Positions 32,815 to 43,280 of a DNA stretch of 64,000 nucleotides are shown here, in pieces. The notes under the pieces are model-generated. The model was not told the DNA's origin. It was given only the letters and a program-made list of their open reading frames with translations, and did not search any database. A program made the translations under genes and the position numbers. The DNA is from an uncultured Pseudomonadota bacterium. GTDB lineage: Bacteria > Vulcanimicrobiota > Vulcanimicrobiia > Eremiobacterales > Eremiobacteraceae. Within the stretch, counting starts at the first letter, position 1, and each line of letters opens with the position of its first letter. The stretch lies in assembly GCA_963736005.1 (NCBI GenBank), contig CAVTNB010000002.1:96001-160000 (forward strand), written 5' to 3'.

Positions 32815-33749
32815 CACTGCTGCTCGATTGAATCCACGACCCAGTCCGATGAAGACGTTTTCACAAACGCCCCGCAATACGCACACTTACCGTTTTGCAA
32901 ACTGAGCGGCGCGCCACACGAGGGACACGTGCTCGCGAGCTGCGTTTGACCCACCACACTTTGCGCATCCGCGCGGCGGATGAAGGTCCATTTCTCGGTG
33001 AAGGTCTTTTGATACTGATTGCCGCTGACGACCTGTTTGGTGTTCTCGTCAATCGTATAGTCGCTCATGCTGGCGGAAATTGCCACAACGATCGAGTCAT
33101 ACGGCCTGCCAGCGTTGACGCCGACGATATTCGCGTGCCCAATGACGATGTTGTCGAGCATGTCGATTTGATGGTTCGCGATTAGCTGATCGGTTTGCAT
33201 CTTGTGCCGTTCGTAGAGCGCATCAGACATGCCGTCGCGAGCGATGTCTTGATTGCGGGCCTGCCAAGCTTGCTGCACTTTGAAGAACACCGTTTGTGCG
33301 CGGCCTAAGAAAGCAGTTTCATCGAAGTTCGGGTCGTGCGCCTTGATGGCTGCAATGCCTGCAGCGATCGCCGCGGGATCGACCGCGGCCATGGGCCGAT
33401 CGATCACAATCGGACCACGCGCCTCATCGTTGGTCACCCCACCGGCAAGCGTGGGCGACCAAGCCTCGCGCATCGTGTCTACTTGATTGGAGCGCACGTA
33501 GCGCTTGTACATCGAATACAGGATGAACAAAACGATGATGGTGCCAACGCCGCTGCCGTGACCCAAAAACAAAAGGGGCCACAGCGTGAAAATACCGCCG
33601 CCGCCGAAATCGCCGCCACCCGAAAACCCGCCCCCACCACCGTAGTTTTGGCCACCGCCCGCCCGCGCGAGCGCCTCAATTGGCAACGCTATGAGCATGA
33701 CGAGCAGGGGAAGCGCCGCCACGCGCGCCGTCAACTGTTTGCGATTCAT
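32814..33749 (-). CDS. Tim44-like domain protein with C-terminal zinc ribbon
   Basis: Signal/RAGGG Gly-rich, TM, DPNFD..FL...VQQAW, FTEKWTF.R, CPSCG...CAYCG. Confidence 0.85.
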   Translation of the reverse strand: MNRKQLTARVAALPLLVMLIALPIEALARAGGGQNYGGGGGFSGGGDFGGGGIFTLWPLLFLGHGSGVGTIIVLFILYSMYKRYVRSNQVDTMREAWSPTLAGGVTNDEARGPIVIDRPMAAVDPAAIAAGIAAIKAHDPNFDETAFLGRAQTVFFKVQQAWQARNQDIARDGMSDALYERHKMQTDQLIANHQIDMLDNIVIGHANIVGVNAGRPYDSIVVAISASMSDYTIDENTKQVVSGNQYQKTFTEKWTFIRRADAQSVVGQTQLASTCPSCGAPLSLQNGKCAYCGAFVKTSSSDWVVDSIEQQ

Positions 33750-33841
33750 TTTCTGCCCTTCAAACCTACCGCTTTTGCCTACCGTGCTCTCGTGCAAAAA
33801 GTTACGCTCCAATGGGACGACTTTCCAATCGCCCCATCCAC

Positions 33842-34714
33842 TTAGGCGATCTTCCCTGCGCGGCCGCCGCCAGACCTGCGCACACCTGCCAGTCGCCGCG
33901 CCGTCGTAACGTTTTGCCGGTCGAGTTCGGGTGTCTTTGGCGTTTCGCAGATGCAGGCAACGCGCGAAAGTTCCGGACGTGAGAGCAGCGCACGAAACCC
34001 AGCCGTACCGATTCTCCCCTTCCCCACATGCCAGTGCAGATCGCGTTTGGCCCCAAGCGCTACTTGGGTATCGTTGAGGTGTAGCACCCGCAGGCGTGAA
34101 AAACCAATGTGCTTGTCCACCTCGGCCATGACACTCGACACACCTTTGCTCGTTGCGAGATTGTAACCGCTTGCCCACAAATGCGCCGTGTCCAAGCAGA
34201 CACCAATACGGCGGTTCCCGAGAGCGCGCACGATCTCGCCCAACTCTTGGATCGTGCCGCCGCACTTGTTGCCACCGCCGGCAGAGTTCTCAAGCAGCAG
34301 CATCGGTCCAGGCGCGGCATCGCCAATCAGCTGACCCAGCAGCGCGCAAATGTGGTCGAAGCCGATGGAGCGCGGCTGGTCACCGTAGCTGCCTAAATGC
34401 GTGTTGACGTATTCAATCTTGCCTCGTGCGGCAACATCGAGGTCGTGCGCGACGAGCATAGCGCTTTTGGTTCGCAGCGTCTTATCAGAGGATGCCAGAT
34501 TGATGAGATACGAGGTGTGTATGACCGTGGGTGCGAGATGATGTTCCTTGCGGGCCTTGGCGAACTGCGCCCAAGCAGCAGCGTCGTATGGGGTCGTGCG
34601 CCAGCCGCGTGGGTTGCCCGCAAAAATCTGGATGCAGTCGCACTGCGCGGCAAGCGCCTCGGCGATGGTCTTAGCGAATCCCCCGCCGATGCCGACATGC
34701 ACGCCGAACTTCAC
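33842..34714 (-). CDS. nfo: Endonuclease IV
   Basis: GVHV.IGGG, QIF..NPRGW, HTSYLINLAS, LENSAG, CLDTAH, HLND, DLH. Confidence 0.92.
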   Translation of the reverse strand: MKFGVHVGIGGGFAKTIAEALAAQCDCIQIFAGNPRGWRTTPYDAAAWAQFAKARKEHHLAPTVIHTSYLINLASSDKTLRTKSAMLVAHDLDVAARGKIEYVNTHLGSYGDQPRSIGFDHICALLGQLIGDAAPGPMLLLENSAGGGNKCGGTIQELGEIVRALGNRRIGVCLDTAHLWASGYNLATSKGVSSVMAEVDKHIGFSRLRVLHLNDTQVALGAKRDLHWHVGKGRIGTAGFRALLSRPELSRVACICETPKTPELDRQNVTTARRLAGVRRSGGGRAGKIA

Positions 34715-35400
34715 GACGATCCATTCATTGCCCGTTTGAGCTCGTCGGCCACGCTGTCTTCCAGCTTCGCGTTTGCTTTCGCGTGCACTTCGTCTTCGTG
34801 ACCTTCGATGGATTCGTGAATTTGCGATACCGAGGCAGCCTTGCTTGCAGATTGCGGAAATGCGATCACTTGCCCGTTGACTCGTCGAGGCGCGTCGTCA
34901 GGCAAGGGCGGCAATTCGTCGACCGAACGCAAACCAAACGCTTCAAGAAACTGCGTCGTCGTTCCGTACAGAATCGGACGCCCAACCACGTCCTTGCGGC
35001 CGAGTTCGCGAATGAGTTGGCGCTCTTCAAGCGTGCCCATGACGCCGTCCACGTTGACGCCCCGAATGCTTTCGATCTCGGCGCGCGTTACCGGCTGCAA
35101 ATACGCAACGATCGCAAGCGTTTCTAGCGATGCCGGAGACATGTAGGTCTTCGGCGGTAAGAGATACCGTTCGACTTCCTCGCGGCACTCGGGATCCGAG
35201 TGCAGCCTGTACCCGCCGCCAATCTCCCGCAGCGCAATGCCACGGTCCCCAAGCGATGCGCGCAGCTCGCTCAGAGCCGAGACCACCTTGCGTGACGGTT
35301 CACCGGTCGCTTCGCAAAGCTCGTCGATGGTGACCGGTTCGGCCGCGACAAAGAGCACGGCCTCGATGCGACTACGCAGACTGGGCAAGCCGTGCCGCAC
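34711..35400 (-). CDS. scpB: SMC-Scp complex subunit ScpB
   Basis: EAVLF, LETLAIVAY.QPVTRAEIE.IRGV, GRPILYGTT.FL..FGL. Confidence 0.95.
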   Translation of the reverse strand: MRHGLPSLRSRIEAVLFVAAEPVTIDELCEATGEPSRKVVSALSELRASLGDRGIALREIGGGYRLHSDPECREEVERYLLPPKTYMSPASLETLAIVAYLQPVTRAEIESIRGVNVDGVMGTLEERQLIRELGRKDVVGRPILYGTTTQFLEAFGLRSVDELPPLPDDAPRRVNGQVIAFPQSASKAASVSQIHESIEGHEDEVHAKANAKLEDSVADELKRAMNGSS

Positions 35401-36103
35401 TTTCTTTGGGAGCGAGTTTGAAAACGATGTCGGCGAACGGCGCCGCCTGCTCGAACGTCAACTTGTGCGCACGCACCATCTCGAGCGCGGCTAGAAACGT
35501 CACCACGATCTCGAGGCGCTCGCATTGCGACACGAGTGAAAAGAAACTCAGCGTCGTGGAACGGCGCAGCTCGCGCAGCAAATAATTCATTTTGACGACG
35601 ACTGAAAAGGTTTCGCGCTTGACCACCATGGGTCGGCTTCCGACGGCGTTGAGCGCGTGGATAAAGGCCGTTGCCAGCATTTCGGGAGCCAGCTTGTAGC
35701 GCTGGACGAATCCATCTTGGGATGATGCGGAGCGCGTGTAATACGAGCGGTTGAGCTCGAAGCGATCGCGCAAATCCGCGCCCAACAGCTTGAAATGCTG
35801 GTATGCCATGAGCCGTTCGCGCAACGCTTGTTCTGCTGCTGCGGCTTCTTCAGCCAATTCGTCGACAAACGGGGGAGGCGGCGGCGGTAAGAGCTTCTTG
35901 GACTTAATGAAGGTCAGCGTCGCCGCGATGACCAGATACTCGCTCGCCACTTCGATGTCGAGCGACTCCATGAGACCGATATAGGCGAGATACTGCTCGC
36001 AGACGGACGCGAGGGAGACCCGGGTTATGTCCAGGTCTTGCGCGAGCACCAACTGGAGTAGGAGGTCGAGCGGTCCGTCAAAGACATCAAGTTTGACGAG
36101 CAA
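35372..36103 (-). CDS. scpA: Segregation/condensation protein ScpA
   Basis: FDGPLDLLL, EYLVIAATL..IKSK.LLP, TFLA.LE. Confidence 0.93.
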   Translation of the reverse strand: MLVKLDVFDGPLDLLLQLVLAQDLDITRVSLASVCEQYLAYIGLMESLDIEVASEYLVIAATLTFIKSKKLLPPPPPPFVDELAEEAAAAEQALRERLMAYQHFKLLGADLRDRFELNRSYYTRSASSQDGFVQRYKLAPEMLATAFIHALNAVGSRPMVVKRETFSVVVKMNYLLRELRRSTTLSFFSLVSQCERLEIVVTFLAALEMVRAHKLTFEQAAPFADIVFKLAPKESAARLAQSA

Positions 36104-36140
36104 GCCGTTTGGACCGTCCGTTATGTTAAAGTCCCCCCTG

Positions 36141-37166
36141 TCAATACGACCATATGTTCTTCCCGTTTTTTAGTGTACCGCCCTGCGGCAAAACTTCGAT
36201 GTAAATCTGCCCAGGCGCGAGCGGCATAGCTTCGCCTTCGTTGTCGAGCAGCTCTGGCATCGTGTTTGGTCCGGGCGCTACCCACGTGCCCGTGGTCGCG
36301 GTACCATCGCGGATGAGCACGGCTGGGAATCTGCCGTAGACGTTCATTTGGAGGTCGCCTAGACTGTCCAGCACCCTGGCCGGGATCCAGACGGCGATGA
36401 TGTCTGCGACCACATACGGCCGAGCGTCGCCAAGGTCGTGTTGGACTTCGCCATCGATGATGCGGATGTAGCCTCGGCCCGCCGGGCGATAACGGACCGT
36501 GTACTGCAGCCAAAAGGTCAGCACCGCGTCAGGGGTTTGCGGCTTTGCCGGCGGATCCGGTGTGAAGGCGAATTCCTCGGCGTCGAGAGCTGTGTCTTTG
36601 TAGCCATACATGGGTCCCGTCTTGCGCATTCTTGCCACCGAGGTGTAGAGGTTGTGCGGCATATCGCGGGTTGGATCGCGCCAAAAGGCTTCCGGCGTGC
36701 CCACGATTTGATCCATATCGGCAAATCCGTCATCGCGCAAATCCCTGAGTGGGCCCCAGACATCGTCATTTTCGCCTGCGTGCGCGTAGAGCGGATCATA
36801 CGGGCGGGCAAGGTCGACAAAATACAAGCGAGCGCTGCGCACCGGACCTATTTTTGCTGGCGACTTTTCCAGGAAGAGCGCCATATAGCGCGTGATGCCG
36901 CCTTCTGCTTCCACTTCGTACACGATATCGGCGTCGTGCAGACCGCTTTGCGGACGTGCATCATAGGGATAATTGTCGATCATCACCGCATCGATGCGAT
37001 GCTTTTCCGAACCGCGCGCCACTTGCTCGCCGTCCAGCAGGCTGTAGACGGGCGTGGGCGTAGGGGAAGGCCGCGGCGTGGGGAGCGGCGCCACGACATG
37101 TCGCGCACAACCAACACTGATGATCAGCGCCGCAGCGATCCCCCACCGATATTTTTTGCTCAACAT
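36141..37166 (-). CDS. DUF3048-family lipoprotein
   Basis: Lipobox SVGC, VMIDN...ARPQSGL..AD.VYE..AEGGITR, GPVRSAR, PHNLY. Confidence 0.85.
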   Translation of the reverse strand: MLSKKYRWGIAAALIISVGCARHVVAPLPTPRPSPTPTPVYSLLDGEQVARGSEKHRIDAVMIDNYPYDARPQSGLHDADIVYEVEAEGGITRYMALFLEKSPAKIGPVRSARLYFVDLARPYDPLYAHAGENDDVWGPLRDLRDDGFADMDQIVGTPEAFWRDPTRDMPHNLYTSVARMRKTGPMYGYKDTALDAEEFAFTPDPPAKPQTPDAVLTFWLQYTVRYRPAGRGYIRIIDGEVQHDLGDARPYVVADIIAVWIPARVLDSLGDLQMNVYGRFPAVLIRDGTATTGTWVAPGPNTMPELLDNEGEAMPLAPGQIYIEVLPQGGTLKNGKNIWSY

Positions 37167-37318
37167 ATGTAATATCGCGAATTTATTCGCGACTTTTCGC
37201 GGCCCATGTAGTGTCGCGAATTTATTCGCGACCTTCTCGCGGCCCATGTGGTGTCGCGAATTTATTCCCGACTTCTCGCGACCCGCGTAGTGTCGCGAAT
37301 TTATTCGCGACCTTCTTT
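37167..37318 (+). repeat. Tandem array of four ~39-40 bp REP units (family A)
   Basis: Units start at 37167, 37206, 37246, 37285: (ATG)TAGTGTCGCGAATTTATTCGCGAC+linker. Confidence 0.9.
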
Positions 37319-37408
37319 AATATTATCGGAACGTCGGGTGGGTCACTTAGCATTGATATCAGCAGCCGGCGTTCCCCAATCTTCGAAGAATTTCCGGCTC
37401 CAAGCGTA

Positions 37409-37948
37409 TCATCGAAACCCCAGCGCTGCCGGCGCCTTCTCTTTCACGATATTTTGCGCAATCTCGATGAGCCGGCGCTCGTTGATGTGCGTCAGCCGAT
37501 CGTTGAGTTCGTCGAGCCGTACCCAAAGCGCTTCATCGACTTCGCCGGTCTGCGGCGTTGGGGTCCCGCTCACATAACGCATGAGAAAAAAATGAACGAC
37601 CTTGTGGTGTTTGGTCTTGTTCGCATAAAACCAATAACGAATGTCAGAAAGCTTGCAGACGATCGTTGCTTCGATGCCGGTCTCTTCCAAGACTTCGCGC
37701 GTCGCAGCTTGCTCGATTGACTCGTTCGGCTCGACATGTCCCTTCGGCAAGGCCCAGATTCGAGGACTAGCCCGTCCGATAATGAGACCGTGGTATGCCC
37801 CGCGCTCGCGTTTGAGGACGAGACCTCCGGCGGAGCGCTCGTACATCACCCGAGGTCGTGGTAATGTAGGGGGCGATTGGAAAATCGCCCCTTGTAGCAG
37901 CGGACCCTTAGATTCGCTCCGTCCTCGACGCTTGGATCGTCGTTTCAT
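37409..37948 (-). CDS. NUDIX hydrolase
   Basis: Nudix box PKGHVEPNESIEQAATREVLEETG. Confidence 0.88.
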   Translation of the reverse strand: MKRRSKRRGRSESKGPLLQGAIFQSPPTLPRPRVMYERSAGGLVLKRERGAYHGLIIGRASPRIWALPKGHVEPNESIEQAATREVLEETGIEATIVCKLSDIRYWFYANKTKHHKVVHFFLMRYVSGTPTPQTGEVDEALWVRLDELNDRLTHINERRLIEIAQNIVKEKAPAALGFR

Positions 37949-39414
37949 TGACGGTTCGCCGTGTCAGGAGGTTCCCACCGCAAACCGATACCTTTGTTCG
38001 CTTGTCTTCCGACCTGCGCTTCGTCGACGCGCCGGACTGGCGTGTGCAGCGGTAACTGCTGCATGGACGCCGGGTCATCGTGCGCTTGTTTGACGAGCGC
38101 GCGTAACGTGTCAGCAAACGTGTCGAGCGTTTCTTTGGTTTCTGTCTCGGTCGGCTCGATCATGAGGCACTCGGGCACGACGTGCGGCCAATACATGGTC
38201 GGCGCATGAATGCCCGCATCCAAAAGGCCCTTCGCCAAGTCGAGAGCCCGCGCACCGGTCTCCTTCTTCAAGCGCTCCGCCGAACAGACAAACTCGTGGC
38301 GGCAATAATCTTCGTACGGAACCACAAGCACGTCTTTGATTTTCGCTCGAACGTAATTGGCGTTGAGCACCGCGAGTTGGCTGTTGCGGCGCAAGCCTTC
38401 TTCTCCATGCACGATGATGTACGCGTACGCGCGTACGACCGCTAAGAAATGGGACCAAAACTCGCGGACGGGGCCGATGCTGTCAGGGCGATCCCAATCC
38501 AAAGCGAACGCTCCATCCTGCTCTCGCGCCACGATTGGCTTGGGGAGATATGGCGCCAACTTCGCGCTTGCACCCACGGGACCGGAACCTGGACCTCCGC
38601 CGCCATGCGGCACCGAGAAGGTCTTGTGCAAATTGAGGTGCAGCAAGTCGAAGCCCATGTCGCCAGGCCGCGTCAGTCCGACGATGGCGTTGGCGTTCGC
38701 TCCATCGTAGTACATCAAACCGCCGGCTTTGTGCACGGCCTGTGTGATGTCGATAATGTCATCCTCAAACAGCCCAAGTGTGTTCGGGTTGGTCATCATA
38801 CACACTGCAGTCGAGCCATCCAGCTTGCTGCGTAGGGCCGCAAGATCCGTGCGCCCACGGCTCGTTGACGGGATGGAGACGACTTTGTAGCCTACCATTG
38901 CGGCGCTTGCTGGATTCGTGCCATGCGCTGTATCCGGCACGAGGCAAACATTGCGCTGTCCTTGCCCCATTTCGACAAAGTATTTCTTGGCCATGAGCAT
39001 CGCCGTGATCTCGCCGTGCGCTCCCGCCGCGGGCATCAACGAGAATTCTGCCATCCCGAACAATGCAGACAGCGTGCGCTCCATATCCCACAGCAAGTGT
39101 AGCGCCCCTTGCGCGCCGGCGTCGGGAGCGAAGGGGTGGAGGTCGGTGAAACCTGGGAACCCTGCGACTGCTTCATTGAGTTTGGGGTTGTACTTCATGG
39201 TGCAGGAACCCAACGGATAGAAGTTTCGGTCGACGGAGAAATTTCGCGCTGACAACTCCATGAAATGGCGCGCGACCTCCAACTCTGCCAGATCTGGCAG
39301 CGGGAGGCTCTCACGCAGCAAAGCCTGGTTGAGGTAGCGACGCGCTCCGCCGGCATCGGCTACGAACTGATTGCCGCGCCCGGGAGCGCCGCGTTCAAAC
39401 AGCAGCAACGGCAC
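37945..39414 (-). CDS. gcvPB: Glycine dehydrogenase (decarboxylating) subunit 2
   Basis: YPLGSCTMKYNP, AHGTNPASA, HLNLHKTF PLP lysine, PHGGGGPG. Confidence 0.96.
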   Translation of the reverse strand: MPLLLFERGAPGRGNQFVADAGGARRYLNQALLRESLPLPDLAELEVARHFMELSARNFSVDRNFYPLGSCTMKYNPKLNEAVAGFPGFTDLHPFAPDAGAQGALHLLWDMERTLSALFGMAEFSLMPAAGAHGEITAMLMAKKYFVEMGQGQRNVCLVPDTAHGTNPASAAMVGYKVVSIPSTSRGRTDLAALRSKLDGSTAVCMMTNPNTLGLFEDDIIDITQAVHKAGGLMYYDGANANAIVGLTRPGDMGFDLLHLNLHKTFSVPHGGGGPGSGPVGASAKLAPYLPKPIVAREQDGAFALDWDRPDSIGPVREFWSHFLAVVRAYAYIIVHGEEGLRRNSQLAVLNANYVRAKIKDVLVVPYEDYCRHEFVCSAERLKKETGARALDLAKGLLDAGIHAPTMYWPHVVPECLMIEPTETETKETLDTFADTLRALVKQAHDDPASMQQLPLHTPVRRVDEAQVGRQANKGIGLRWEPPDTANRQ

Positions 39415-40746
39415 GAGCGGTCTCCTCGACGAGCGCTTCGGTCAAAGCTTTGATATCATCGGACGTTGTCAGTTCCGTCGCGCACATCGAGCACGAGATG
39501 GGTGAGCTCCGGGTAGAAGCGGGAAAGCGGCAATCCCGCGAGGATGCCGCGTTTCTCCAATCGTTTGACGAGTTGCGCTGCCGGCACGGGCGTGCGAACG
39601 CAGAACTCATTGAAGTACGGCGCTTTGATAGGCGGCGACAAACCCAGGCACGGCACAAACGGCCTCTTGCAACTCGCGTGCGCGCTGCAAATTGGCCGCG
39701 GCAATCGATTGCAATCCCTTGCTGCCAACCGTTGCCAGGTACACGGTGGCGATCAAAGCGCACAGCGCCTGGTTGGTGCAGATGTTCGACGTCGCAAGTT
39801 CGCGGCGAATGTGCTGCTCCCGTCCCTGCAAGGTGAGCACGAACGCACGCCGTCCATCGACGTCAGTGGTTTCTCCGACCAGCCTTCCTGGAAGCCGCCG
39901 GACGTGCTCCTTGGTCGTGGCAATGAAGCCGACGTACGGTCCGCCATAACCAAGCGGCAATCCGAACGACTGCCCCTCGCCGAGCGCAATGTCCGCGCCT
40001 GCCTCTCGTGGCGTCTTGAGCAGCGCAAGCGACAGAGCTTCCGCGGTAACGCTGACGCACAGGGCCCCGGCCTCGTGCGCTACGGTCGCGGCAGTGCTTA
40101 TGTCTTCAATGCACCCAAAGAAGTTCGGGGATTGCAGCACGACGCACGACGCCCCCTTGGCGTCAACGCGACTTGTGTCAGTGAGTCCTTTGGTCGTCAC
40201 GGGCAGCTCGACGATCTCTAGCCCCATTCCCTCGGCATACGTGGCAAGCACTGCACGATACATGGGGTGCACGGCTTTGCTGATGAGAACGCGTTTGCGC
40301 CCATTGGCGTGCAGCGACATAATGACGCCTTCGACAAGCGCGGTCGCACCGTCATAGAGCGATGCATTGCTCACGTCCATGCCGGTGAGCAAGCTGATGT
40401 AAGTTTGCCACTCGAAGATAGCTTGCAGGCTGCCTTGACTTGCCTCTGCCTGATACGGGGTGTAGGCGGTGAGAAACTCGGAACGGGTGGCAAACCAGGG
40501 AACGGCCGGTGGCTGATAGTGCCGGTATGCGCCGGCGCCGAGAAACGAAACCATGCGCGCAGCAGTATTTTGGTTGGCCAGCGCCTTGATGTGCGCGTAT
40601 GCCTCCGCTTCGGGCAGTGCCGGCGCGATATTCAGGCGCTCCTTGATCGCAAGCCCGCCTGGCGGAGACGAAAGCGCCTCGAGGCTCGAGACCCCAATGA
40701 CCTCGAGCATGGCGCGGATATCTTTTTCCGTGTGCGGCGCGTACAT
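39395..40746 (-). CDS. gcvPA: Glycine dehydrogenase subunit 1 (apparent frameshifts near 39640 and 39490)
   Basis: FLGAGAY, AYTPYQAE.SQG, REQHIRRE.ATSNICTNQ; C-terminus FNEF... and CATE... continue in other frames. Confidence 0.9.
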
Positions 40747-40750
40747 GATT

Positions 40751-41137
40751 CTAAGCTAGCGTCTGAACAAACTCATCGTAGGCTGGCGCGTCGAGCAGTC
40801 CATTAGTATCGGATGGATCGACGCCCGTCATCTTCACAAGCCAACCCTCGCCGAATGGATCGCCGTTCACTTTAGCTGGATCGTCCTCGACTGACGAGTT
40901 AATTTCACTCACGGTGCCGCTCACTGGCGCGTAGATGTCGGACACCGCCTTCACCGACTCAACCACGCCAATCGGATTGCTCCGCTCCAGCGCCGCGCCG
41001 GGCTTGGGCAGCTCCACGTAGACGATGTCTCCCAGCGAAGACTGCGCGTAATCGGTGATGCCAACGACAGCGTTTTTCCCGTCGAATTTCACCCACTCGT
41101 GTTCTTTTGTATAGTAACGATCGCTCGGTTGCGGCAT
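40751..41137 (-). CDS. gcvH: Glycine cleavage system H protein
   Basis: YTKEHEW, GITDYAQ..LGD, VESVKA lipoyl lysine. Confidence 0.97.
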   Translation of the reverse strand: MPQPSDRYYTKEHEWVKFDGKNAVVGITDYAQSSLGDIVYVELPKPGAALERSNPIGVVESVKAVSDIYAPVSGTVSEINSSVEDDPAKVNGDPFGEGWLVKMTGVDPSDTNGLLDAPAYDEFVQTLA

Positions 41138-41139
41138 AT

Positions 41140-42241
41140 TTACGTTCCCTTTTGGCGTTTGTAAAATGGAAGTTTCACGACCGTCGCTTTATGCATGGCT
41201 CCTCGGATCTCAATCTCCAGTCGCGTGCCCGGTTCGCTCGCGGCCTTGCGGACAAGCGCGGTTGCGATATTCTTTCCGCCCAGAGACGGCGCCGGCGAGC
41301 CCGATCGCACTTCCCCGACCGGCTTGCCCTCCCAAAAGACGGCATAGCCAGCACGCGCCGGCGCCTTGCCATCCATCACGAGGCCTGCGATTCGATCGTA
41401 ACGGTCCTCCGAGTGCTGCGCTTCCAGAACCGCCTTGCCCGTGAACAGCTTGGCGAACTTCACCGCCCAGTCGAGCCCGGCTTGGAGTGGAGTGATGGTT
41501 TCCTCCAATTCGTGACCGTACAGCGGCATGCCGGCTTCCAATCGCAGCACGTCGCGCGCCCCAAGACCTGCTGGACGAAGCCCAAACGGTTTGCCCTCGC
41601 GCATGAAGCGATCCCAAAGGGTAACCGCGGCGCCAGCGGGGAGAAACACTTCGAAGCCATCCTCACCAGTGTAGCCCGTGCGCGCAATCTCCGCCTTTCC
41701 ACCACCCACAGTGGTCTCGGCGGCATAGTAATAACGCACCGTCGCGAGATCGAGATCGCAGAGCGGCTGCAGCATCTCGAGTGCGCGCGGACCTTGCAGC
41801 GCGATGAGCGATGAACGCTCGGTTCGGTTTTCAAGGCTCACCGCGGCGGGTTTCGAGCCAGAAAGCAAATCCCACATCTTGCCGGTGTTGGATGCGTTCA
41901 CAACGATGAGCCAGCGCCCCGCGCAGGCGGTAGATAATCACGTCATCGTGGGCGCCTCCGGCTTCGTTGGTAAAGATGTTGTAGCGGGCTTGATTCGGCC
42001 GCATGCTTGCCACGTCGTTGACCGTCAACCCATCGAGCCATGGCGCAACAGCGTCGCCCGACGCGATAAACTGCCCCATGTGCGAGAGGTCGAACATGCC
42101 CACCGCCGTTCGCACGGCGTTGTGTTCTTCGAGGATACTGGAGTAGACGATGGGCATAAGAAATCCCCCAAAGGGGGACATCTTGGCGCCAAGGCCGACG
42201 TGCGTTTGGTACAACGCCGTCTGGCGGGGCTGGGTGAGCAC
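41140..42241 (-). CDS. gcvT: Aminomethyltransferase T protein (apparent frameshift near 41920)
   Basis: FDLSHMG, VNASN, ALQGP, RTGYTGEDGFE, GLGARD.LRLEAG split over two frames. Confidence 0.92.
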
Positions 42242-42288
42242 CTTGGACGTTTCGGCGGGTCGCCAAAGCCGTCCTAGCCCAGGCGCTC

Positions 42289-42885
42289 TTAGCCTGTGGC
42301 TTCTTCCCTAATGCCGAGGATTCTCGACGAGAGCGACGAGCGCGAACGCACGCCGACTTTCCCAAAAATCCGTTTGAGATGATCTTCGACCGTCGTCTCA
42401 GCAAGCACCAAGTGGTCGGCGATGCGGCGGTTTGAATAGCCGCGCAGCACAAGACCGGCAACTTCCGCCTCCCGCGGCGTCAGCGGATAGCTCGCGAGCG
42501 CGCTGCGGACAACGTCTTCCCGGCTCGCCCGCTCGATCAGGAGCATGATGTTCGATTCGTGCTGACTCTCAATAGCGCACGCTCTGACGCACATGTCGTA
42601 TGCGGGCAACATGACCGTGCACGTGTCCGTGCCCACCGAGAGCCGGCTCTCTATATCATCGAGCAAGGCTTGCAATGCGGTAGGCAGCTCGGCGCCGGCC
42701 AAGCGAAACTCTCCGCCAGCAATAACCCGCAGCATCGCGATGCTCGGATGGTTGGCGAAACGAATCTGTCGTGCGCCGTCAACAATGAGCACGCCCGGCA
42801 TCTGCCGGCTGTGCACGCCCTTGGCGGGAGCAACAATGAGCGTCGGGGCGAAGGTTCTAGGTTTGGCCTTCATGGTGGGCTTCAA
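42289..42885 (-). CDS. LuxR-type HTH regulator with PAS-like N-terminus
   Basis: LTPREAEVA..V.RGYSNRRIA..L...ETTVEDHL.RIF.K. Confidence 0.85.
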   Translation of the reverse strand: MKPTMKAKPRTFAPTLIVAPAKGVHSRQMPGVLIVDGARQIRFANHPSIAMLRVIAGGEFRLAGAELPTALQALLDDIESRLSVGTDTCTVMLPAYDMCVRACAIESQHESNIMLLIERASREDVVRSALASYPLTPREAEVAGLVLRGYSNRRIADHLVLAETTVEDHLKRIFGKVGVRSRSSLSSRILGIREEATG

Positions 42886-43280
42886 AGTCCTCTGTTCTTG
42901 ATGGCGATGTTACACAGGACCAAAGACCTATACCGCTGTTCGGATCCGTTGGACCCGTTGGTCTGTGGATAGAATGTACTCTGCGGACTGCTATTGTTCC
43001 GCTCGTTCCCTACTCATATTGATTCCCAATTGTGTGAACTTAAGTCTGCTGTCTCAAATAAGAATCCAATTAGAGTTTTATCGGCAGCAGATTGGGAATC
43101 ATAATGTCGCATAGCAATAGTGATACATACGTTCGCTTTGGTCCGGTGGTCCTCAATTCATATGGGCCTTTCCCCTGATTTCAGGGATTACGCAAAAAAA
43201 GTCACTGTGCTATAAGTACTTTACTGTACTGTAGGGTCAAGGCTGAATTACTCAGTCTCCTCGTGCGCAATTAACTAGGG

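Noticed and set aside
37167..37318. CRISPR array
   Set aside because: Linkers are only about 13 nt and nearly identical, the repeat matches the dispersed REPs, and no cas genes are present.
42242..42288. Glycine riboswitch upstream of gcvT
   Set aside because: The gap is only 47 bp, too short for the aptamer.
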